DNA from: Epiperipatus broadwayi
Lineage: Eukaryota; Animalia; Onychophora
NCBI GenBank assembly: GCA_028023455.1
Contig: JAQFVV010000005.1
Coordinates: 10,726,001-10,790,000 of the forward strand
Reading direction: 5' to 3'
DNA: 64,000 nt
Of this stretch, positions 38,605 to 52,899 are shown one piece after another (position 1 is the first letter of the stretch; every line of letters begins with the position of its first letter). Position numbers and translations under genes: made by a program. The notes below the pieces were generated by a model. The model did no database searches. It had not been told where the DNA came from and saw only the letters and a list, made by a program, of their open reading frames with translations.

Positions 38605-41600
38605 TTGGAAATTTATTTTATACAGATATGTTGTGGTGTGCATATTGAAATACATACTAGAGAAATGGAATTATAGTTTTTGCTAAATCCAAAATGAAAT
38701 TTTATCATGTAAATATATTTTAAATCAATTAAATTTTATTTGGACGACATATTTAATTTCTTACTTGCAAGAAAAGTGTGAATAAAATACCATGATGTTA
38801 AATTTCATGGCCATTTTAAAAATTAGTTTATCTTGTGTGAAATATATTTAACCTAAAATCCTAAATGTTGATCACATTCAGTAGTAGGATCATAATTTTT
38901 GGTAAGGTAAGGTAAAATTTGATTTCATAAATATATTTTAAATTAATTTTCATTTATTATAAGAAAAATGTATTTAAACTGAAATTTTAAAAGTCAAGGA
39001 AATTCAGTAGTAAAACTGATCATAACAGTTTATAATTTTTGGGATACTGCGGTTTATATTATAACTTGTGTATTATTATTTTCTTTTCTTCTACAAACAC
39101 GAGAAAAACCACAAGAAGAGCTAATTTAATAAAAAAATAATCCTAGTACACAACTAAAATTTTTCTATTGGCTTCATTTATTATTTAATTACAATTTATT
39201 CAGTCTACAAAAAAAATTAAATACCTCTGTTTGTGAATATTTAGTTATGTAACATGAAGACAGGTATCTTTTGATAACCATTGTAATCATGGACTATTAT
39301 TCTTAGTTATTTTATACCATCTTGATCTGAATATATCTACACATAGAGCAGAAATAAGTATGATTTTTAGCAAAATTATTATTTAGAATATATAGTTTAA
39401 ATAATAATTGAAAAACAGATATCACAATATGAATTATCTAACTTATGACCAAATATTTTGAAACATTAGTTACTCAAGTAATAAATATCAATTTCAGAAA
39501 GGATTTAGCATGACCTTGTATTACAAAACAATTTAAGCTATGAATTCCAAAATAATAAAAGTCTAAAGCTTGATGGCACTTATAGTATAATGGTTTAGAA
39601 GAATAACATTCACCTTTTTGTAAGACTTTTACTTTAAATTTTTAATCATGCATTTAATATATAATGTATTTTATGTGGTATAGATTATTTTATTTTTATT
39701 AGCATGTCATGTTTGTTTTTGCTTAGTTTTTTAAAACTCAAAATTAATTTGGGATTGAGAAGTAAAATAAAATCTATATCATTATCTTTTGGAAGATACT
39801 TAAAATAAAAATTAAGCATAAGATTTTTACAGTCGATTTTATTTTGTTAATGCAAAGTTATCTAATTGTTATGTAATTATATATTAAATTAGATCATATT
39901 AATATAAAGCATGAATTAACAAGACCTGATATATTTTTTATATAGGTTCTGTAACAGATATAGAGTACAGATTTGCCTTTATTTATAGTAGTGTTTATAT
40001 ATATAAATTTTCTATGTGCATAACATTCAACATAAAATTGGACTGTGAAAGAAATTGTCTATGTACTTATATGTTTAGCTCTATAGATCTTATTAGTTAC
40101 AATTCTACAAGTAATATGCTATGCCTAATTTGAATGAAATATTTTTACATGATTTGCTGCTATTTATGGCATTTTGTGGCAACCATAATAACTAAGGATT
40201 TCTTAAAATATTTTTTTAGAGCTGGTTTTTTCAATATAATTTCATCAGGTTCATTTATCTTGTTTTATCTATGTGTTATTATAGTCTAAAGATTTTAGTC
40301 AACATTTTCTAAACATTTTTTTGTATATTTGACGTTATCATTAATAGCATGTTGAGAGGTTTGTGATTGAAACAACTTATTTTTTTATCACTAAAGATTT
40401 CTCACATCAGCAATAGCTGACAATATTATCTATTAATTTTATTTTAATCACTTATTATAAAAAGTGTTATTATTGTCAATTATTGTCACTAGTTTTCTTG
40501 ATGATTAATTGTATATTTTATCCACTCATTTCTACACATGTCATTTTTTTATTTTTAATGAATACACAAACATTGATATCTATAATTTCAATTCACTGTC
40601 ATGGTTTATATCAAGATTTTATTGTATGTGTTAATTACATTACTAAGAAATTAAGTATTTTATTTAATTTTTGCCCTTCTCAAAAATTCAAGAATTTATT
40701 GTTATTATAATCCACATATTGACTTCGAATATTCTCTTTGGCTTTATCAATTACACTGCACAAATTGGTATTTTTATCTTCTTTTTTCTATCATGTTCTT
40801 TTGTATTCTAGATTGTCTATTTGTCAATTAAATCTTCAGATTATTTCTGAAGTTTTCCAGATAAGTTAAAATATATAAAGATTATTGCTTGCAAATTACT
40901 TGAATGAAATAATTTTTACCCATTAAATATATATATAAAATAGTAAATCACACACAAAAAATATACTAAATGCAATATTTTTAAATTACAATGGTAAAAA
41001 ATAAACAATAATATAATACTTTTACAGAAATAAATACTTTTGATTACTCAAAAATATTTCTGTATAAGTTTTGTATTATTGTTTACTTTTTATTTTTATT
41101 GTAATTTAAAATGAATACACATATAATTAAAATATATGATATCTTATCATTTATGAAAGTTAAAATTATGTTACTTTAATTGTCATTATTTTTATTTAGG
41201 GTGACTGAAAATGACCAATTCTGAAATATCTCAAGTTATCTATGATCATTGTGACCACTTCATTCTGGAAGTTGCATTATAAATAAGTCTTTCATAAAGA
41301 TGTACGTTGATATATATTCAGTGAATCATTATAAGCTGTTGTGGAAAGTTTTACCAGCCTTATGAAATTATGTTGCCAACATTCTCAATCATCCCAAGTA
41401 AAATACTCAAATAAGTTTATAACTTCAATAGATTGTTAGAAGTTTAAGCACTAAAATAACAGAATTTGGTGCATTCTGAAGGTACTATGCTCTAGTTTGC
41501 CATCTTCCAAACCACACAGAGTATCATCTTATGTAATGGTATATAATGAAATCTTGTTTGGGCACAATATCCAAATTAAATTAATCCTTGAAATTAATAC

Positions 41601-42990
41601 TACCAATCACATCAATGTTTTGTTGTTCTTTCAGAATATTCTGAAGTATATTATGGGTTATTATTATATCAAGATATATAAAAAATTAATTCACCAGAAG
41701 ATAATTGATAAGCAATTATTTTATTTTCAGAAATGTCTTTCTGAACTTAGTAATTTTAATTGACAAATTTATGATTTTCAATTTCATAAATGAAATATAA
41801 ATAGGATGAAATGAATTGCTTTTATTTATATATATATATATAATAATTTTATACAAAAATATTTTCAATAGCTATATATATTAATGATTTCTGATAACAG
41901 TTTGATTGCATTGATAAAATTAATACATTTTAACAATAATAAAATAATCAATTCGAATTGATATCAGTCAATCATTTACAGAATGGTAACAAAGGTACTA
42001 CTAAAAAATAATAATGAAATATTAATTATTATGTAAGATTTTATAAAAATGATAATTGTTGTGGAAAATATTGATAATTATGAATACTATTGATAATTTC
42101 ATTGTTTCCAAAATAAGATTATATTTACAACTGTATGTACTTGTATATTTGTTTCAATATAAAATTAGTTTTACAGTTACGCAGAAGCATTTAAATAAAA
42201 AAAAAATTAGACACAAGAGATCACTGTCTCCATAATGGACTTCTGTTATTATTTTCTAAAAATTACATTTGGTGAGATATATAATGTTTAACTTTTTTTG
42301 TATGTGAATTTTAAGCTTCAATCATCATTATTAATGAAAGGTATATAAATACTTTGTAGAATTTAAAGTGATATTCACTGTTCAGAAGTCAAGTTACAAC
42401 ATGATTTTCCATAAAATAAAATCTGATTATCATTATCCATACATTTACCAATCTCAAGCCAGATATGTTTATGATTTTAACTCTTTCATTTTTACCTCAT
42501 AATTTTTAATCAACATTTATTTTTCATAATTGTATCATATGCATGTGTCACATGTGTTTGTTCAGCTGATAATTGTCTATTTAATAATATATTTCAAGCT
42601 AATTAAACTCTTCTTAATTATTAATCTGATTCTTATGTGATAAAATGTTAAAAGACATCTTGATGAAAAAAAAATTGCTATAAAGTGGTTTTTTATTTTG
42701 CAAATAATTATAGAAGCAAAATATTTTTTGAGTATAGATTATTTTAATGTAATTTAAAATATTTAAAAATGAATAAGTGATAACAAAATAAAATATATCT
42801 GAAGTCCAATGCCAAAGTAGCACATGAATTAAAATTATATAAAACAATTCATTGCAATTTTTATAATTACTATATTGCATAAGAAATGATTTTAGAATGC
42901 TTACTGGAGAAAATCTTTTGCAGCTCCTGTGATTATAAGATTGCAGTAAAACAAATTAAAAATGCACATAAGAACAGAAAGTGAATAAAA

Positions 42991-44179
42991 ATGTTCCAAT
43001 GCAATTTTTGTAATTACACTGCTGCCATTAAAATAAATATAATAAAACATGAAATAACCCATACAGGGAAAAAATCTTTCCATTGCAGCTCATGTGATTA
43101 TGAGACTACAACAAAAAGAAGTTTAACAATCCATGAAAGAACACATACTGGAGAAAACCTTTTCGATTGCAGCTTTTGTAATTATAATACACCTCACAGA
43201 AGTCGTTTAATAGAACATGAAAGAACCCATACACGTAAAACCTTTCCATTGTAGCTTATGTGAGTATAAGACTGCTGTAAAAAGAAACTTGAAAATCCAT
43301 GAAAGAATACATACGGGGGAAAAGCCTTTTAACTGTAACTTATGCAATTATAAGAAGTATGAGTTTAATATTTAAGTTAATTATAAGAAGTAATACTAAA
43401 AAGTCTTTAAAAATACATGAAGCATCACATACAAGATTAAAACCATATCAATGTCGTTATGTGAATACAAGACTGCTGTAAAACAAAACTTGAAAATCCA
43501 TGAAAGAGTACATACAGGTGAAAATCCTTTCAACTGTAACTTTTGTAATTATAAAACAACTCAGAAAAGTCATTTAAAAGAGCATGAAAGAACACCTACA
43601 GGAGAAAACCCATTTCATTGTGAATTGTGTGCTTATGAAACTGCTGTAAAAAGAAATCTAAATTTCCATGAAAAAACACATACAAGAGAAAAATCTTTCC
43701 ACTGCCAGTTGTGTCAATTCAAAACTTGTAGAAAATATAATTTAAAAATTCATGACATAACACATACAGGAGAAAAGCCTTTCCATTGCAGTTTTTGCAA
43801 TTTTAAAACTGGTGTTATAGGTCATTTACGAGTGCATATAAGAACGCATACTGGAGAAAAACCTTTTCACTGTCAAATGTGTAATTACAAGACTGCTGTA
43901 AAAAATAGTTTAAGAACACATGAAAAATTACATAGAGAAAAGAAACTTCCCAGAAGACCATATGTCAACAAACTACATTCCCAAAGTCCTTTGATAAATT
44001 GTCAAAAATATACTCTTGAAAAATATTTTCTGAAGCTTAATCAAACTAAATATGAAGAGGAGGACATGCTCAATTGTTTGTGTGATTATAAAGGCAATGA
44101 CAGATGTACCGTAGATAAGCATGAAGCTAGCCATTTTATTGACCATGATACTATTGAGATCCTTATACAATTCATATGA
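42991..44179 (+). pseudogene. Frameshifted paralog of the C2H2 zinc-finger gene
   Basis: Collinear with 12726-14021 but split into ORFs 42991-43254 and 43451-44179. Lesions: a 2-nt deletion (~43230), a 33-nt insertion with an in-frame stop (~43360) and a 1-nt deletion (~43453). Confidence 0.88.
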
Positions 44180-47100
44180 CAATTTAAAATTTGTTTTAAT
44201 AAATGTGACTGATTGAAATATGCTCATAAAATAGTAAATTTAATAAATGAATTGTGAAAATGTTAGAAAACATATTATGAGTATTCATAGAATTGGAGCT
44301 TTAGATAATAAAAAATTGCTGGTAAAATAGATTTCAGAAATTTGATTCTTCTCAATCAATGAAACAACATAGAATACAAATGTACAAACAATATTTTTAG
44401 TTGTAACAACATCTGCATTGGTTATTGCCAAAAAAATAGCAAAAGAATATATTATTATATTAAGAAAGTTGAAGAATGATATCCTAAGTTTTAATTCATC
44501 TCACTGTATTAAATTTTTTTATGTGACTAATATTAAAATTATTCTCTTGAATATTTTCTCTGATACCTGGACAATGTTAGTTTTTGTATCACATAGAAAC
44601 CTTGTTACTACTAATCTACTTTTATTTATTTTCTTTTTTTGTGTGTAAATAAATGAAACTCTATTTGATGATAGTTTCTATAATATATTTTTAATTTATA
44701 TATGCATCACATAAATTTAATCTCTTACCAATAAATTATATAGTTTATGTATAGAATGTTTAACATAAAGAATGTATGAAGTTACTGTGAGTATATAGAA
44801 AAGTAACTCGGTATTCAATTACATTAAATTAATTTTTTTTCTTTGATTATTAATAAAAATTAGATATTTGCCATTAAAAATTATATTGTGGGAAACAACT
44901 TGAAACTGGTTTACTGTGTTTTCTTACTTTCTTTATTTTATAACATAATCAATTTAAAGTCCAATAGATTTTGATTACATTTTCATGAGCTTGTTATATA
45001 TAGTTAATGATTTTAACTATACATCCATCCACATAAAAATTTTCAACAAACCCAGATGTATTAGTAAATATGTTCTACAAAACAATTCATTAAATGTATT
45101 GTTTTGAAAATATATATAATACTTAAAATATTTTAACAGTGATAATTGAAATCATTGATTGTGTCAACATTTGTAGTTTAATTTAAAAAGGTAATTCTAG
45201 GCTGTAACCATAGTTGCTATCTTATTTTTTATCATTATCGACACTTCTCTTATCAATTCAGTTAAATCTGTTTTCCTTACGCTCTAACTAAGAATATTTG
45301 GGAATTACTTGCTGGTTAATTAACCATTGACCATTTATCTGAGAAAAAAAAATGTTGTTTAACTGAAAAATTTTAATTATTGTTCCAAAGCTTACTGCCT
45401 ACTAAGACTTTCAAATTATTAAAATTGCACTGAGCAAAGCAAGAATTCAATGTGTTTTATAAACATTAAGCAATATATTTTAGAAAACAAATGCATTATT
45501 TCAAAGAAGCAACAGAAACTTGGTGACAATAATTATTAAAATTATAATTTCGAATTACTATTTTTTATCAAAATTCAATTATTATTTGTTTTTAATTAAA
45601 AAATGTTTATATCTTCTAATGGTATTAATCAAATATTATATTAGTTTTGATGTATTTTATTACATTGGAAGCACTAATTTATTCTTATATTCTACTTGAA
45701 AAATAACAATAGGTTGTAGATCCTAATACTATATTCAAATGCTATCAGTTTACTTTCTTGCTCTTACTCTTATTTAGTGACACAATTGGATTTACACACA
45801 CACAGCAGCAGCAATTTTTATGTTTTATACTCTCCAGCCAAATAATCTGAGATTCAAAAACATATTAAATTTCTGAATTCTCACTAATTCGTTTGTAGAT
45901 AAATTTATATTTGATCTCAAATTATTTTAGTTACTCAATGTAGGTAATTTTTATTTTTTGTCAAAGATATAAAAAATTTAATGTTTTGGGTTTCTACCAT
46001 TAGAAGGATGAAATGTCAAAATAATTTTCCTTGAACCCTCACAATTAGAACACTTAAGTGGTTTCATTATTAAAATGTAAATGAATAAACATGCCTTATC
46101 ATTTCCCAGGCTTTTAATCTTCTCCTATATTTAAATAACTATAATAATCAAACACTTTTTCATCTCTCAATTGGTTGAAAACATAGACAAAGTTAATTAT
46201 GCTATTAGACCTTTGGCAGGCATATAATTTTTATTACTTAACTAACTTTTATGGTTATAATGTCTTAATAAATAGCTTAATGATAGAATCGTTTTTAATA
46301 AGAGATATCCAAATTTTCTTAATAGAACTAATAATCTTAATATTTCTAATGCATAAGTATTTAAAGGGTGTAAATAATATGTAATTATTACTATTATAAA
46401 TAAGTTTATTTCTTTATTGTCACAAAGCTTATTTGTCACTAATAATATACTGTATAACTTACACATTATTTCAAGCTATTCTTTCTTAATTGACTTTGGA
46501 TGAAATACAATATTTTATTATTGCATTTATTATTACTTTATAAGAATATTATATATTTTCTTGGGGTAAGCAAACTTTTATTTAGATATATAAATTCTGT
46601 CAAGATATCAATTGAACTATTACAGTGAATTACTTAACATCATAAAGTATAATATATGTGAATGTGTGTTTATATAGATGTGCAAGTCGAATTAATGCAA
46701 CAACTTATTTAATTCACATGGGTTCATTATCAGGCACTTTTTAAATTTCAGAACATTCAATAGAAATAAAGCAATGTATAAGTAAATTTGAATCAATTAA
46801 AATACTTCACTATGAATAAATAATTGTATAACTCATTAAAATAAAAGAATGCTCATGAATGGCATAAGAAATAGATATCTATCTTATGTAAACAATTGTA
46901 GATTTAAAAAAATATTTAATCCAGTTATTATCCATAGATTAAAGTTAATTTACTAAAGTAAATAATCTTCCATAACTTATAGTGATTGCTTGGTTTTTAA
47001 TGTGTAAATATATATATATTGCAAGTGCCCAAATCAGAGCTGTATGGTACAGTATAAAAACAAAGAGTAAAGAAGTTTATTGATCTTATTTAATTTCATT

Positions 47101-50100
47101 TGACGTGATTTGTAGATAATGGAGGTGTTGAATTATAAATGTTAACTTGTAACTATGGCAACCATAATATTAAAATAACATTCTTATTTATTATTTTTAT
47201 TATCCTCAAATTGTAAATTGATTGTCATCAGTTTTAAGGGAAAATATAACAAAGTGAATAAATAAATAAATATTGGAAAATAATTAAGTGAATTCTAAAA
47301 TGAATCACTTGAATAATATCATTATTATTAATTATTACTGTCCAATTTTTTTACTACTTTCACTATAACAACTTATTTATTACAAAATCAAATATTTCAT
47401 ATATGTTTGTTTATGTATTTTGTTTATTGGAATATATTATTAAAGATATAGAAAATTTCATGTAAATTCTTTATTTTAGTTTTTTAAAAAAAAGTGTACT
47501 GAAATTGTGAAACAAAAATGTTTTTACTGTATCCAATATTTTTAAAGTCTTTATTTTATTTATTAAACTGAATTTTGTTAATGGAAGAATGTCTCATTAC
47601 ATATCATTGCAAATAAAAATAGAATACCAGCAGTGTATAGGTTGTCTAGATTGGCCATGTATCTGAATGAATGGGAAGGATGTCTGAATAAAATATTTTT
47701 GATTATTATTATTCATGCTTGTCTTCTCTACTTCAATGAAAATTGTTTCTATGCATTAGAATCACAAACAGGCAAATCAACAGTTACAATGGACCAGTAG
47801 GTAAAAAGGAAAAATGAGACTGTTCACATAGGTAGTAAGATATTTCTGTGCAGATTTTTTTTGTTAAAAAAAATGTATATGTCTGTTTTAAAATATAGGA
47901 TCAAATAATATGTGTGTGTAATCATATGATAATGGTTATTATTTTTATTCACACAATAAAAGGTCAGAGAAATTCTTTTTTATTTAAAGTCTTCTTATCT
48001 GATGATATAGATTAATTTATGTCTCAATGTTTTTCAAATCTTCATTTTTTTAATTTATAATTTCACTTGGGAATATTCATATAGGGGGAGTTGAATGCAA
48101 TCAATTTTCTTGTTTGTTTAATTATTTAGAAATTATATTCATGAATAAATAAAAATCAATTTTAGTTGATCACATTTTTTTTTATCATTATATATATTGT
48201 AACGGCACTGCATTAATGCCATTTTACCATCATTTGATAATTTATTAGTTTAGGGTAATATGAGTAATGGAGCGAGCATTTATGACAGATTGAGCATGTG
48301 TATAGACAAACAAAAATAATTTAATCGTCAAATACTATATGCAATGGGATAATATAAATTATTTCATCAATATAATTAGAAAATTATTACTTTAAAACAG
48401 TAGGAAATTCATTTTATTTGCCTATTTCATGTACTCTCTAATCTGCTCTTGTTATTCCACAGAATTCGAACTTAGGAAGAATATACATGAATTTTAGTTC
48501 AGGTGAATGCTTATATCCTGCTTACATACCAATTATATGTTTGTATGGTGTCTTGTAATATGATGAATTATGAAATAGATAAATAACCACAAATATAATT
48601 ATAATAACCAATGTTTAATGAAATCATAGAAATTACAAACTGTATTCATAATTCAATTTAACATAATATAAGTTATAAAAAAGAAAATTGTAAAATGAAA
48701 TAAATATGTTCATCTTTTGTTCTCACATCACTATTATATAGTAAACTTATTAATATGTTATTACAATGAATGATCATTTATTATCTGAATAAAATAATTC
48801 AATATTATAATAAATTAAATTTGTCTCTTCATTCAAATAGTGATTTATATTTTATAGTGGACTTTCCTATTTCCAGGATATCCTATCACATGGATTTAAG
48901 TTATAAATATTATCCTTTATTTTGAAGTCTATGCTTGGTTGTTAACATATGATAGAATAGATCATCTATACCAGAATGTTAATCATTCATTCCGAATAAC
49001 AAAAAAATGTAACTAATCTATTGTAACAGTCTGCCAGAGGAGGGGAACACATCTCACTATAGCCAGACCAAAGGTCTTCAGGTAGGATGCTGTGAATGAC
49101 ATGATGAAGTATCTAACCTATGATCATATCTACCTACAAAGGGCGATCTCTCAGGTTACACATTAAATTTTTAAATGCAATTTGGCTAATTTATCTATAC
49201 TTCACCCCTATTTTGGTTATCATTATGCCTCAGTATTCAAACTTTGGGGGAAATGTGCCTTGATTCTTTCTTCAGGGGTGAATTTCCATTAGACAGCAAC
49301 TACTGCACCGCTATACAGGTTACAATTGATTTAAAGATCCATCCAATCATATTACTGAATTATTATATAAAAATGAAATGTTTGTGTGGATATATATGTC
49401 CGATTATAAGATGATAAATGAATGTATAAATAATTTTAATAAAATAGAGTGCAATGTAGTTTAAATCAAATTAACAATGTCTATTCAACAACAGAACAAA
49501 GATTCAAAACTTTTAAACAGTAAAATAATATAATTGTGATTGTCAAGAATGTATTTATACCATATCAATGATTAAATGAGTTCACTAGTCCAACCCTCAC
49601 CCATAATAGAAGTACATAGCAAGGCACTAATTGTTTACACAGCAAAGTAAAAAAATCTTATTAAATTTACCATGAAGTTGATTAACTAATTTATAATATT
49701 GTACAAGTATATCCATAATAGCCTCTGTACAATTCCAGTTATTGCTGTTTTATCTTCTTTGGGGACCCCCCCTCTATGTACAATTTTCCTAAAGTTGATA
49801 GGAAAGAACATCCACACAAGATTAGTCATTTATACCTAAAAATAAAGGTAAACAATTGTTAGTTACAGTAAAAAAATAACAAACTCTGTCCTGTAGTAGT
49901 GTATGTGTATAACATGGAATAGTATCAAAATTATCATTCCATATCAGCAATGATGATCAAATGTCAAGTCACTATGGAGGTAAAGTTGGCCTAAACTTTA
50001 ACATAAAAAAAATATTTTTGTCTAATAATTTTTCTTCCTTCACTTTGTTTTTTTCAGTCATAGTGGATGTTTCCATGTTATAGGCACATTTAAAATAATA

Positions 50101-51106
50101 AGTATGGAGATAATATAAAACTAGAATTTTTACAAACATATATATTAATAAATCAAAACATTCATTATTTCATCTTGGTTAATGTACATGAGTTTAGCAA
50201 TAATGTCTTTTATGGATACAGTTTATCTTTGGAACATTTTTCTTTGATAAATCATTCATCATCCACTAAAATTCCTTGGCAATGTAAATGATGTTTCCAT
50301 TTTCTGCAATTGCTTTCCTTCTGGATCCATTTAGACTCTTAGTGCAGGTCATTTGATATTTTTAGGCATTATATAGGTAAGTAGTTCAAAACATGCTTCT
50401 ATGGTAGGACTGTAGCAATCCAGCCCTATGGCAATATTAATTTATTTGGAATATGTTGCACAGCAGTTCATAATAGATTTACTTTTTCTTAATTTACTAT
50501 TTGACATTTAATGGCTTATATAGAGAAAAAAGTTACTTCATCATTTATGTATATGCTAGTGATATTTTACTTTTTTCTTCATGTTTGAATAGTAATGCAG
50601 TTTTTATTTTTAAGTTTCAATTTAAAATCTGTACAGTTCTTTTGTCAAACTACGAATTTATCAAACTTTTCTGTTTAAATGTTGATTGTAATTTCTTTAA
50701 TTTTGCACTATGAGGATTATGCAGATAATCTGGAATATTCAAACAAGTCATCCATCTTCTTTGGATTTGAACATTCAATCTTTAAATGTTGGCTTTATGC
50801 AGTTATTGTATCATTTGAAAAACAATAAAAGATGATGGAAATGAACTGGGTTTGCTGTTATACCTCACTTAATTTCCATTGTTTAGTATACTAGGATGTC
50901 CATTCTTTTATTGCTGTAACTGTATATTGTTGTGCATTATATTGATTGCAGTTAGAAAATAAAATTACATAATAGAATTCTTTTACTTTCCATACTTGGT
51001 TGCTTAGTGACTGGCTTGACATTAGGTCATCACTATATTAAATGTAAGTCTTTATTTGTGACATTCAACACATTACAAAATAATTTATTGTTAGTATATA
51101 TATATA

Positions 51107-52400
51107 CACCTGGGTCTCATTTTATGCGGTAGGTAGGTTCCTCACAAAATGCACACAAAAGAAATCACACAAAAATAGACATAACTTAGCTTGAAAAATG
51201 GGGGATACGTACTGTAATTTTCCAAAAATCACATAAAAGCAAAACAACAACGTAAAATTATGTTAAAATTCGCATAAAAAAAATAAAATAAAATATTACT
51301 AATAAAAAATTTCAAATTTGAAAAACATTGATACAAGACAAACTTTTTACTTTTTTTTATTAACTACAGTATTTAATTTTATTCAAAACAATACATTTTT
51401 ATGTGTAATTTAAATTTTTTCATACATGTATGGTATTTTAATCATTATCGTTATTTGAGACATCAGATTCATCATGATGTGAAGTACTGTAGTGTCTCCT
51501 TAAACGAAGTCAATTGGAAATACAGCTAAAATGTTTTCCAATCATTGTTGATCCTTCCCATTTTACTAAGTGATCTAAAATTGAAATTTTTGTTTCCAAA
51601 GAAATCATTTTCTTGGGTATTTTTTTCTCTCCATTAGAGTAAACTAAAAGTTTACAATAAAAATAAGAACTTAGACTTACGATAATAAAAAGACACTGAC
51701 TCACCACTGTTGGGCAAAATTTAATTAAAACTAAATTAAAAATTAAATTCTTATTTTTGTCTTTAATTTTCAGTCCCATTTAAAAATCAAATTTCATCTT
51801 TCTGATCACCTTAATTTCAGATCACGTTACATAATTTTTAAATTGTTAATTACAATTAAAAATCAGATTTTAATTGTCAAATTTAATTGTGCCGACCGCT
51901 GTTACTCACCTTTTAAAAATAAACTTGTGGACAGTAAATGATTAATTGATTACATACTCTTTTTATAAAAAGCAAAAATAGAACATGATTTAAATGCAAA
52001 AACAACAACATATGTAATATAGGCATCTATAACCTTTAAACAGATTTACACTATAGTTTTATAAAATTTAATGTGTGTATATAAAATGGGGAAATCCTGA
52101 TTTTAAGTGAATTATGAACTTCTTTATTGCATAAATCTATTACAGTACTATTATAAAGCGCTGAAAATATTGAAATTATTAGATGGAAGTCGAACTCTGA
52201 TAATCTGCTAATACTTTAAATATGACATGAGTGCGCAAAATTTATAATATTTAAAGTAATAGCACCTTATCAGAGCTTGACTTCTGATCTAATAATTTTT
52301 ATCACAACAAAAAACTGCAAACAAAGATATTAAGAAGAAACATGAATTGTATAACTTCAAAATTGCATTAAATAAATCTGCATAAAATGAGACCCGGGTG
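51107..52400 (-). mobile_element. pogo/Tigger-type (Tc1/mariner superfamily) internally deleted DNA transposon
   Basis: 23-bp TIRs cacctgggtctcattttatgcgg / ctgcataaaatgagacccgggtg (2 mismatches), TA on both sides. Minus-strand 'KKMISLETKISILDHLVKWEGSTMIGKHF' resembles the N-terminal psq/CENP-B-type HTH of pogo transposases. Confidence 0.85.
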
Positions 52401-52899
52401 TACAGGAAGGATTTCTTCAACTGGTTTTTATTTCTCATTAAACAGGAAATTAGTTCATTGTGACATTAGTGTAATTTAGTACTTAATAAAGCAAATATTA
52501 ATTGTGTATATACATATATTTGTGTGTTTATAAAAAATGATACTGCATATTCAACTATCTGTTAATTAAGCTTACATTTTGACTGGGTTTGATCTGGTGG
52601 TGTGGATAAATAAAGGTAGATTTCAATAGGATTGTAAGCTACCCTTACAACTCCCTCATCTTTACAGGGTTAAAATTTTATGATATAATTAAAATTTTAA
52701 CTCGTAAGTAATGTGTGTATTGATTTAGCATTGGATTTTTTTTAAAGAAAGGTTATGAAGCCTACTCATTTTATCTTCTGATATTTTCTTGACTATATCT
52801 AAGTTCCTTCATAAATTCCTACTTCATTAACTATATTACAGTAAAGTGAGATTTATATATGTCTTTTTTCTTATGATGGTTATAAGGTTGGAATTTCAC

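Larger units (their letters stand above)
28096..46548 (+). repeat. Segmental duplication, copy 2
   Basis: Collinear with 1-16450. Has extra segments at 28584-28790, ~29420-32062, 33251-34409 and 34706-~38250, and lacks ~6290-9780 of copy 1. Confidence 0.95.

Noticed and set aside
50400-50760. Possible Penelope/LINE RT remnant ('GL*QSSPMAILIYLEYV', 'YVYASDILL', 'DYADN')
   Set aside because: Motifs are too degenerate to separate from chance by eye; needs an HMM search.
52612-52640. PPT followed by a tiny TGTAA...TTACA 'LTR' downstream of the minus-strand gypsy pol
   Set aside because: Only 17 bp and no partner LTR found; could be chance.
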